Source of the DNA: a virus
Taxonomy: Duplodnaviria > Caudoviricetes
Strand: one strand, 5' to 3'
Virus record (IMG/VR): IMGVR_UViG_3300044676_001919
Coordinates: 1 to 36,214 of that record
Length of the DNA stretch: 36,214 bases
Shown: positions 1-8,355 of the stretch, in pieces
Layout of the letters: each line of letters starts with the position of its first letter
Numbering within the stretch: position 1 is the stretch's first letter
Translations under genes and position numbers: made by a program
Notes under the pieces: model-generated
Told to the model about the DNA's origin: nothing
The model's database searches: none
Seen by the model: the letters and a program-made list of their open reading frames with translations, nothing else

Positions 1-3000
1 TAGCAGCTTTAAGAGTTGCTTCAGTTACTGTAAGGTTTGTTGCAGAAGAACCATCTGTTGCAGTTGTACCTACAACGAAAGCATCTGCTGATTCATCCCA
101 AATAAATGCTGCATTATCTCCAGTAGAACCTCTTTCGATAATCATTCCAGCGTCAGTAGTTAATGAACCACCATCAGCGTTTAATTCAAATAATGTATCC
201 GTAATCTTTAATTCGTTAGCTTGTGTAGTTGTTCCAGTAACAGTTAAGTTAGTTATTGTTACACCAGAACTTGTTGCTGTTACAACATCTGTACCACCAG
301 CTTTAATATAAACTGTATCATCATCAGATGTTCTTTCTAGTTCTATAGATGTATCAGCATCATTATCAGCAAAAGTTGTAACCGCTGTTTGTGTAGAACC
401 AAGTTGAATATTGTCTGTACTTCCATCGAAAGATGTAAATGGTATTGCACCAGCGACTGTTATATCTGACAAAGTTATAGGGTCAGAACCAGAACCAGCA
501 AGTATTAATGGAAGACTTCCTCCACCACCACCAGCAGACTCAAAAGTAATTGTATCTGTACTTGCATCTGTAGTAATTGTCATACCTGTTCCAGCTGTAA
601 GTGTTAAGGTATCTGTTTCAGCATCAGCTACAACATCTGATTGTCCAGCAACTGCTAAGGTTGAGAAAGCGTTTGCTGCACCACCAGTTGCTGCAATAGT
701 AAGAGTTCCTGCATTATCATCGTAGGTCTTTGTAATGTTTGCACCAGCAACTATTAATCCATCAACAAAGTCTTCTACTTGTTCTTGAGTAAGTTGTGTG
801 TTTGTATCTGTAGAAGCAATTGTAATTGTATCTGTTGAAGCATCAGTTGTTATGGTTATGTTTGAACCAGCTGCAAAGTTTATTGTGTCTGTTGTACTAT
901 CTGGTACTACATCTGATTGACCAGATACTGCAAATGTTTGGAAATAGTTTGTAGATGAAGCTACTGTTCCCGGTTCAAATTCACTGTTAGAAGCATTCCA
1001 AACAAGTGCTTGTCCATCAGTAGGGGCAGAAGTTGTTATATCTACATCTAATAAATCTCCTATTGAAGAAGAAGTTGTTATAACTGTATTATCTATAGCT
1101 ACTGTTACTGTATCTGTTGTACTTACAACAGTATCTATACCTGTTCCACCAGCAATTGTTACAGTGTTACCATCAGCTACAACTTCAGCTGTTCCAGTAT
1201 CTGCTGCTAAATTAAAATCATTAAAGCTACCAGTTCCTGCACTAGCTAATAATGTAGCGACATCGACTTTAGTTAAAGAAGTACTTGAATTGTCATAAAG
1301 AAGTATTAAATCATTTGCAGTGTCTACAGAACCAGCTAAAGCAGATTGACCTGTAATAGCTGTAGAATCTACAGAGATTGTTCCAGTTGTATAATCAATT
1401 CCTGTTCCACCACTTAGGTATCCATCAACTGTTGTATTAAAACTTGCTGTTACTGCTTGATTAGAAGCATTACCTATAAAAATATCTCCATCATCTAAGT
1501 TAGGAACTGCGTTACTTCTACCAGCACCTTGAACAAATATCTCACCATCTGAAGCGTGACTTCTAATTACTTTTGCAATCTTCTGAAGTAAAGCACTTTC
1601 TCCTGTTGGAGGAGTTGTTGTTAATGTTCCAGATGTAGATATATACAGCTCATCACCCACTGAGAATGAGGAAGTGTCTAAACCTACATACTTACCAAAA
1701 GCTAATATTGATACTGAAGCATTATTGCTAGCAGAAGCAGTTGTAATACCAATTGCTGGCATTGTTCCAGTACCATCAGCATCAGCTACATCTACAGTAA
1801 ACTCTGTTCCAGAACCTGCTTGTCCAGAAATATAAACTGGCACACCAGCTGCGATAGTTGAACCACTTTCATTTTTACCAGTAACAATAATTGCACCAGT
1901 TACATCACCTGTAACATCTCCAGTAACATTACCAGTGACATCTCCAGTCAAGGCTCCTTCAAAAGTCCCTGCTACAAATGTCTCAGAACCAACAGTCCAT
2001 TTATCGTCTGTTTCGTTCCAAATTAAAGTCTTGTTGGCATCGTCACCTCTCTCAATTTCAATACCACCATTCTCTGAAGCAGAGCCGGTTGCATTGGAAT
2101 TAAGAACGATTTGATTATCCGCTAAATTAATTGTTTCTGTGTTTACAGTAGTTGTTGTACCAGAAACTGTTAAATCACCTGTAACAGTCAGATTATTTCC
2201 TATTGTTACATTACTTGGTAAACCTATTGTTACTGTATCAGTAGAACTTACTGCAACTTCGATTTCATTAGAAGTTCCAGAAAAAGTTATTGAATTTCCA
2301 TCACCTACTGATTCAGTATTACTTCCATCTGTAATATTAAATGATGACATACTTCCAACACCAGTTCCAGAAAGGAAAGATGTTCTTGACATTTTTCTTA
2401 AGGCAGAAGCACTATCGTCATAAATTAAAATTAAATCATTATTGTTAGTTGTAGTTTCGACTGTTTGTGAAGTGATTAAAGTAGAATCTACACTTATTGT
2501 TTCTCCAGATATGTCTATACCTGTTCCTGCTACAAAGCTACTTCCTTGTATAGATATAATTCCACCACCCATTCCAGAGTGATTAGAACAGTAGTAATAA
2601 AGTTTATCTGCTGTAGCACCATCTACAACAATTTGTGTATAAGCACCAGCAGAACCCGGTGTACCATTTGTTGTTACACCTGTAGTGTAAGAAGTTACAC
2701 CAGCAGTTTCTGATGTTGTTGATAGAACTAATGGATGACTAGAGTTAGAAGAATCTGATTGGTCAAATCTATATGTTACGCCCGGAATAAGCTGTATATT
2801 TGCTGATAATTCTCCGTCTAAATAATATTTATTACCAGAACCCGGATTAGATACAGTCACTGCAAATTCTATAATTGCAGTATTGTCTTCAAAGTTTATT
2901 GTTTTATTTGTAAGTGTATCTGTAGAAGTAGCAGTTATATAGCTACCAAAGTCACTTATTTGTGACTCAGTAATGCTTAATGCTGCTTCGTGTTGAGTTA

Positions 3001-6000
3001 CAGAGCTTTCAGTAATATTCGCGTCTGGAACATTTGCCCAAGTTACTGCGGCAGTTAAATCATTAGTTTCTGTAAAGCTTGTTAGGTATCCAGCAGTACT
3101 ATGGTCTCCCCAAGAGTAAGCTGTGTTCCAGTTTGTAGAGTTATCAGTAACAATACTATAAGTACCAGAACCATCTGTAGCCATAATTCCAGCAGTTGTA
3201 AAATCTCCATCTAGTAAAACATCTGCATGAGATGTTTCTGAAGTTAAGTAGCCTGCTAGTGAATGGTCTCCCCAACCATAAGCTGTATCCCATTGACCGA
3301 CTTTTGTATCGGTAATAACATTAACACCCATATCGATAGTGTTACCGTTAGCATCAAGAGTTCCACCTAATTGTGGTGTTAAGTCTTCTACTAAGTTTTC
3401 TAAGAAATTGCTTGTGAATGTTATTTGAGATTCGTTTATTGCTAAAGCAGCTTGATGTTGAGTTACAGAACTTTGTGTAATGTTAGCGTCTGGAACATTA
3501 GCCCAAGTTACAGCAGCTGTTAAATCATTTGTTTCAACAGTTAAATAAGATTGTAAATTTGATATTTGACTTTCTGTAATTGTAAGTGCAGCTTCGTGTT
3601 GTGTAACAGCACTTTCAGTAACAGTTGTAGATAAAGCTACTGCACCTGTACCATCAAAGCTAACTGCTGTTGCAGTAACATCTCCAGTTAATGAAAAGTT
3701 TTGTGCAGAAGCTAAAGCAGTTGATGTATCTGCATTACCAGTTAAAGCACCAGTTACATCACCTTCTATATCTGCTACTAATGTTGCTTTTGTATATGAA
3801 GCATCAGCTGTATCAACCGTTGCTCCTGGCTCAACTGTTAAGCTATCAAAAAGTTTAAATTTATTTTGACCTGTACCTGGGTCCCAATGTAAACCTACAT
3901 ATTTAGTTGTTGAAGATTGAACAACTTTACCATATATACCAATGTCAGTTCCATTACCAATGTTTCCACTAGCAAGTTTTATCATGTTTTCTTCAGTAGA
4001 AACTGTATCAGTATTTAGTGTTGTAGTTGTTCCTTGTACTGTTAAATCTCCAGTTACAACTAAGTCATTAGAAACAGTCATTGTTGTAGCTGTTATGTCA
4101 TCTGAATTTAATATTCCATCAACAGTTACATTATTAAAAGTTACATTATCAGTAGTACCTACAGACTGTCCAATTGATATCTGACCTGTAGTGTTGTCAT
4201 AAGTAACACCAGATGTTCCAGATAAATCTGTTAAATCAATGTAGTTAGCGTCATTTACAAGCTCTGATACATTATCACCAGATTGTAAAGCACTATCAGC
4301 TAATGTACCTTGTGCAGCAGTAGCAAATGCTGTACTATCATTTCCGTCTAAAGTATCGGCATCTACATTAAGTGCATCAACAAAAGATTTAGTAACTCTT
4401 GCATCTATATCAGTATTTGCTCTAGTAGTTGTGTACCAAAGATTAGTTGGAGAAACATCTTCTGCTATATCATCTGTTACTAATGTTACTGAACCACCTA
4501 AAGCAGTAGAGTAAGAATTAATTGTTATAGAATCATTTGCTAATTGTGCATTAGGTATTGCAGATGTTCCAAATTCTCCGGTTGCAGAATCGTAAGTTAA
4601 ACCAGAACCTGTAGCTACTGATAAGTCAGTTAAATCAATAAATGCAGTAGTGGTGTTATCGTAATTAGATAAATCATTATCGACAGTTAAAGATATAGAG
4701 TTTGCTACATCATCGTAACTATAAGTAATTCTTGTTTGTGTACCAGCACTAAAAGCTGAGTTTAAAGCATCTTGTGCTCTTTCTGTTGTAAAATATTGTG
4801 CAGTACCTTCTGCTAAATCATCTGTCGTTTTTCCTGAAAGACTTGTATCAAATCTAGATTCTGTGTAAAAGACATTGGTTGTTCCTTCAACCAAATCGTC
4901 TGTATCAAATTCTGTAAAATCTATTGAAAGAGAAAGAGTATTAGCTGCGTCATCATATGTTGTAGTAATACCTGTTCCACCAGAAAATAGACCCTCTACG
5001 TTGTCTTGAAGTGCCTCAACAATTTCTGTTAAATCTACACTAAGTGTTAAAGAATCTGATGCATCGTCGTAAGATATATCAATTCCAGAAGTTGTACTAT
5101 CAACAAGTAAAGCGTTTATTCTATCGTCTATTCTTTCGTCAGTGACAAAAAGATTTGTAGAACCTTCTACTATGTCATCAGAAGTAAACTCTGTAAAATC
5201 TATTGATAAACTTAATGTATTAGCAGCATCATCATAGTTAGTTGTAATTCCAGTACCACCGCTAAATAATCCTTCTACGTTATCTTGTAATGCTTCTACT
5301 ATTTCAGAAAGGTCAGAACTTATTGTTAACTGATTGTTCGCATCGTCATAGCTTATGTCAATTCCAGAAGTTACAGAATCTATTAATAATGCTGCAACTC
5401 TATCGTCAACTCTTTCTTCTGTAAAATATAAGTTATTCCCTTCAGTTAAGTCAGTAGTTGTTTTACCAGAAAAACTTGTATCAAATCTTCCTTCGGTATA
5501 AAAAATGTTTGTTGTTCCTTCTACTAGGTCATCAGTATCAAACTCAGTAAAATCTATAGATAGAGCTAATGTATTGGCTGCGTCATCATAGGTAGCAGTT
5601 ATTCCAGTTCCGCCACTAAATAGGCTTTGAACATTATCTTGAAGTGATTCAACAATCTCTGTTAAGTCAACACTTAAAGTAAGCTGATTTCCTGCATCGT
5701 CATAGCTAACATCAATACCTTCAGTATTAGCATCTACTAATAATGCAGATATTCTGTCATCTACTCTTTCTTCGGTAAAGAAAAGATTTGAACCCTCTAC
5801 AATAGAACCAGAATCAAATTCAGAAAAATCTATCGCTAGTTCGAGTTGATTGTTTGCGTCATCATAAGTTGCTGAAACACCAGTACCTCCAACAAATAAA
5901 CCTTCTATATTATCTTGAAGTGATTCTATTATTTCTGTTAAATCTGTAGAAATTGTTAAAGAGTTAGATACATCATCATAGCTAATGTCGATACCAGATG

Positions 6001-6769
6001 TAGTAGAATCAACAAGTAAAGATGCTACTCTATCATCGACTCTTTCATCTGTAAAGTAAAGATTTACACTACCTTCTGCTAAATCATCAGTGTCAAAGTT
6101 CGATATATCTGTAACTTGACCAGTTACATTTCCTTCAATATTTGCAATTAATGTAGCAGTAGCATGACCTGAATCACCAGTATCTACTAATGTATTTGGT
6201 TCTGTTTCGTTACCAGTCCAAAGTATAAACTTATCTTGTGAAGCATCCCAAGTAAAACCTAAATATTTTGTTGTTGAAGATTCTTGATATTCTCCATACC
6301 AACCTAAGTCAACAGTATCTAAAGTATTTCCTTCACCTAGTTTCATTAATACATCTTCAATTGTTACTGTTGAGGTATTAATTGTTACTGTGTCACCTTG
6401 AACTGTTAAGTCACCAGATATTGTTAAATCATTTGATACTGTTAAGTTTGTAAATGTAGGACTATCTGAAGTACCAAGTCCTAATGAATCTCTCGCAGTT
6501 GAGCCACTTTCTACTACCCATGCTGAACCATTGGATACTATAAAGTTTCCGTCACTATGAGAAAGACCTGCAATTGTAGCTAAATCAACATCATAAGCTT
6601 GAACATTAACGCCAATCCCTAAACCTAATGAAGTTCTAGCATCTGCTGCTGTAATAGCACCAGTACCACCATCTTCAATACCTATAAATTCATCGGCTTG
6701 AAATTCAGCAAAACCTATAGGATTGCCATTTTGGTCATAATTTACTCTTACTGGTGTTTTTTGTGCCAT
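1..6769 (-). CDS. Giant repetitive tail fibre/virion structural protein, >2250 aa, 3' end outside window
   Basis: Read manually. ATG at 6769 overlaps the upstream TAA (TAATG) and gives MAQKTPVRVNYDQNGNPIGF.... The same frame is still open at the window edge (...VTEATLKAA). Thr/Asp/Ser/Gly-rich, with 'GGTGA..A..ART.LGLG', 'GDLTVQG.T.T.NT' and 'TDDL.EG..NL.FT.ER' fibre repeats. Missing from the ORF track because it has no stop in the window. Confidence 0.88.
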   Translation of the reverse strand, partial: MAQKTPVRVNYDQNGNPIGFAEFQADEFIGIEDGGTGAITAADARTSLGLGIGVNVQAYDVDLATIAGLSHSDGNFIVSNGSAWVVESGSTARDSLGLGTSDSPTFTNLTVSNDLTISGDLTVQGDTVTINTSTVTIEDVLMKLGEGNTLDTVDLGWYGEYQESSTTKYLGFTWDASQDKFILWTGNETEPNTLVDTGDSGHATATLIANIEGNVTGQVTDISNFDTDDLAEGSVNLYFTDERVDDRVASLLVDSTTSGIDISYDDVSNSLTISTDLTEIIESLQDNIEGLFVGGTGVSATYDDANNQLELAIDFSEFDSGSIVEGSNLFFTEERVDDRISALLVDANTEGIDVSYDDAGNQLTLSVDLTEIVESLQDNVQSLFSGGTGITATYDDAANTLALSIDFTEFDTDDLVEGTTNIFYTEGRFDTSFSGKTTTDLTEGNNLYFTEERVDDRVAALLIDSVTSGIDISYDDANNQLTISSDLSEIVEALQDNVEGLFSGGTGITTNYDDAANTLSLSIDFTEFTSDDIVEGSTNLFVTDERIDDRINALLVDSTTSGIDISYDDASDSLTLSVDLTEIVEALQDNVEGLFSGGTGITTTYDDAANTLSLSIDFTEFDTDDLVEGTTNVFYTESRFDTSLSGKTTDDLAEGTAQYFTTERAQDALNSAFSAGTQTRITYSYDDVANSISLTVDNDLSNYDNTTTAFIDLTDLSVATGSGLTYDSATGEFGTSAIPNAQLANDSITINSYSTALGGSVTLVTDDIAEDVSPTNLWYTTTRANTDIDARVTKSFVDALNVDADTLDGNDSTAFATAAQGTLADSALQSGDNVSELVNDANYIDLTDLSGTSGVTYDNTTGQISIGQSVGTTDNVTFNNVTVDGILNSDDITATTMTVSNDLVVTGDLTVQGTTTTLNTDTVSTEENMIKLASGNIGNGTDIGIYGKVVQSSTTKYVGLHWDPGTGQNKFKLFDSLTVEPGATVDTADASYTKATLVADIEGDVTGALTGNADTSTALASAQNFSLTGDVTATAVSFDGTGAVALSTTVTESAVTQHEAALTITESQISNLQSYLTVETNDLTAAVTWANVPDANITQSSVTQHQAALAINESQITFTSNFLENLVEDLTPQLGGTLDANGNTIDMGVNVITDTKVGQWDTAYGWGDHSLAGYLTSETSHADVLLDGDFTTAGIMATDGSGTYSIVTDNSTNWNTAYSWGDHSTAGYLTSFTETNDLTAAVTWANVPDANITESSVTQHEAALSITESQISDFGSYITATSTDTLTNKTINFEDNTAIIEFAVTVSNPGSGNKYYLDGELSANIQLIPGVTYRFDQSDSSNSSHPLVLSTTSETAGVTSYTTGVTTNGTPGSAGAYTQIVVDGATADKLYYYCSNHSGMGGGIISIQGSSFVAGTGIDISGETISVDSTLITSQTVETTTNNNDLILIYDDSASALRKMSRTSFLSGTGVGSMSSFNITDGSNTESVGDGNSITFSGTSNEIEVAVSSTDTVTIGLPSNVTIGNNLTVTGDLTVSGTTTTVNTETINLADNQIVLNSNATGSASENGGIEIERGDDANKTLIWNETDDKWTVGSETFVAGTFEGALTGDVTGNVTGDVTGDVTGAIIVTGKNESGSTIAAGVPVYISGQAGSGTEFTVDVADADGTGTMPAIGITTASASNNASVSILAFGKYVGLDTSSFSVGDELYISTSGTLTTTPPTGESALLQKIAKVIRSHASDGEIFVQGAGRSNAVPNLDDGDIFIGNASNQAVTASFNTTVDGYLSGGTGIDYTTGTISVDSTAITGQSALAGSVDTANDLILLYDNSSTSLTKVDVATLLASAGTGSFNDFNLAADTGTAEVVADGNTVTIAGGTGIDTVVSTTDTVTVAIDNTVITTSSSIGDLLDVDITTSAPTDGQALVWNASNSEFEPGTVASSTNYFQTFAVSGQSDVVPDSTTDTINFAAGSNITITTDASTDTITIASTDTNTQLTQEQVEDFVDGLIVAGANITKTYDDNAGTLTIAATGGAANAFSTLAVAGQSDVVADAETDTLTLTAGTGMTITTDASTDTITFESAGGGGGSLPLILAGSGSDPITLSDITVAGAIPFTSFDGSTDNIQLGSTQTAVTTFADNDADTSIELERTSDDDTVYIKAGGTDVVTATSSGVTITNLTVTGTTTQANELKITDTLFELNADGGSLTTDAGMIIERGSTGDNAAFIWDESADAFVVGTTATDGSSATNLTVTEATLKAA
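2950..3610 (-). repeat. Coding repeats within giant fibre (TNDLTAAVTWANVPDANIT.SSVTQH.AAL and W.TAY.WGDHS.AGYLTS units)
   Basis: TNDLTAAVTWANVPDANIT at ~3475-3535 and ~3010-3070; VTQH.AAL.I.ESQI three times; WDTAYGWGDHSLAGYLTS (~3240-3292) and WNTAYSWGDHSTAGYLTS (~3078-3130). Confidence 0.85.
4770..6095 (-). repeat. Four ~93-aa tandem coding repeats arranged as a duplicated 633-nt (211-aa) block
   Basis: Unit EG..NL.FT.ERVDDR..ALLVDS.TSGIDISYDD..N.LT.S.DLTEIVE.LQDNVEGLFSGGTGIT.TYDDAANTL.LSIDFTEF occurs 4 times. The short unit TDDLVEGTTN.FYTE.RFDTS.SGKTT recurs with a 633-nt offset (5515 vs 4882). Confidence 0.9.
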
Positions 6770-7923
6770 TATTCAGCTACTTCCATATCTAATATTTGGT
6801 TTGTTCCCGTGGAATCCTGTACTGTTAATTGTAGCGTACTGTTATCGGATTTTGCTGGCATTAAAACATCTACGGTAGTATTTCCATCAGATTGCAATAC
6901 GGGAATAGACCTAGTGCTTACTCCAACATATCCGCCTCCACCAGAAACAGGGTCGCTTGTTGCTACATTAAAAAACTTATTTCTTAAAGGAACACCTGCT
7001 CCTTCTCCCACTTGAAGGATTATAGGAACTTTACTTGCCATTGAAAATGTCTTAGGAACATTAGAAGTTACTTTAACTTCATTGTTAGTAGGGTCAGTAG
7101 TGATTGTTACTTTGTCTCTATCGGACTTATATCTTGTGTCTAAATCATTTCTTTCCTCTGATTCAAACCTTACAGTATCTTCTGAAGTACTAGCAGAAAC
7201 TGTATTTTGATTAGTAGAAGCTACATTTTTAAAAGCATTTTGATTTAATTCACCATCTGTATTTGCAGATATAGTTATTGTATCTGCAGATGAATCTGCT
7301 GTTATAGAAACATTAGAACCTGCAATAAACTCAACATTACCTGTAGAGTTATCTGCCTCTACTGTTGTGTTTCCTACATTTATATATCTAAATGCTGGGC
7401 CACCCAAACCTGTACCAGTAGCAGATATAGTAATAGTATCAGAAGAACCATTTGAATCTAAAGATATACCATTTCCTGCAACAAATGTTAAAGTATCACC
7501 AGCTTGGTCAGCTTGTATAGTGTCATCGCCACTTATTACAATATTTCCAAAAGCATTAGCTTGAGTTACTGGTGTAGACCAAGAAATGTTTCCAAATCCA
7601 TCTGTTGTTAATACTTGTCCAGAGGCACCAGAGTTTCCATTTATTAAAACCTTTTCAGATAGTATATCTAAAGCACCATCTGTTGTTATTTGTAGGCTTT
7701 CAGTGCTATCAACACCAAATATTATTTTTTTACTAGCATTAGTAGTTATTACTAATGTTCCATCAGAAACAATTGACTGACCGTCAATATACATATCATG
7801 TTCAACATCTGATATGTTTACTGTTGAGTTACTTACTTGAAATCCGTAGCTTCCGTCAAGAATATGGTCCGCTAATGACGAACCTGACATTTGAGTGGTA
7901 GAACTATGCGTTACATCAGCCAT
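6769..7923 (-). CDS. Putative tail fibre/virion structural protein (384 aa)
   Basis: 'G.SGQVLTTDG.GN.SW' fibre motif and three 'NAF..I.......AD...DT..F.AG..I......DTITISA' repeats also present in the giant fibre (~540-950); lies in the fibre cluster. Confidence 0.7.
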   Translation of the reverse strand: MADVTHSSTTQMSGSSLADHILDGSYGFQVSNSTVNISDVEHDMYIDGQSIVSDGTLVITTNASKKIIFGVDSTESLQITTDGALDILSEKVLINGNSGASGQVLTTDGFGNISWSTPVTQANAFGNIVISGDDTIQADQAGDTLTFVAGNGISLDSNGSSDTITISATGTGLGGPAFRYINVGNTTVEADNSTGNVEFIAGSNVSITADSSADTITISANTDGELNQNAFKNVASTNQNTVSASTSEDTVRFESEERNDLDTRYKSDRDKVTITTDPTNNEVKVTSNVPKTFSMASKVPIILQVGEGAGVPLRNKFFNVATSDPVSGGGGYVGVSTRSIPVLQSDGNTTVDVLMPAKSDNSTLQLTVQDSTGTNQILDMEVAE

Positions 7924-8185
7924 CGCTCATACCTGGAATCTCACTACCGAAAGTACCTCCTAACTGTTTATAAATATATTTTACTCTCTCTAGTTCTCTA
8001 ATTACTTCTTGCACTGCTGCATACCATTCCTCGTATTGAGTATGTGATTCATCTAACCTATCAATCATTAAGGCAAAATGTTCTCTTTCTAATTCCTCAA
8101 TTCTCCTGAGAACATACTCCATTTTGAATCCATGGTCAACAAACTTATACTCAATGTTTAGTTCGTCTTTATTTTCCTCTGTCAT
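7916..8185 (-). CDS. Small helical protein (89 aa), paralog of 35177-35395
   Basis: ORF overlaps both neighbours; shares Y.......K.......I..LE..H(F/W)AL...W...V......L...K with the 72-aa ORF. Confidence 0.75.
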   Translation of the reverse strand: MTEENKDELNIEYKFVDHGFKMEYVLRRIEELEREHFALMIDRLDESHTQYEEWYAAVQEVIRELERVKYIYKQLGGTFGSEIPGMSDG

Positions 8186-8355
8186 TCGCCAAACTGTTCC
8201 TCATACTTAGCTTCTAAATTATCTACTTTTGTCTGTAAATCTCCAATAATATCTTCGTCTTGGTCGGATATTTCAGCATAATATAAATTTTCTCTAGCTA
8301 TTTTTATAGATTGCAATATAATTGCTTCTTTTTCTTCTGTGGTTAATTCTGGCAT
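8182..8355 (-). CDS. Small acidic helical protein (57 aa), not in ORF track
   Basis: MPELTTEEKEAIILQSIKIARENLYYAEISDQDEDIIGDLQTKVDNLEAKYEEQFGE* exactly fills the gap, with a TAATG overlap upstream, an ATGA overlap downstream and a GGAGG just upstream. Confidence 0.85.
   Translation of the reverse strand: MPELTTEEKEAIILQSIKIARENLYYAEISDQDEDIIGDLQTKVDNLEAKYEEQFGE

Noticed and set aside
4770-6095. Repeats as CRISPR array or DGR template/variable repeats
   Set aside because: They are in-frame coding repeats diverged mainly at synonymous positions, with no constant repeat-spacer pattern, no evident adenine-specific mismatch pattern and no reverse transcriptase in the window.
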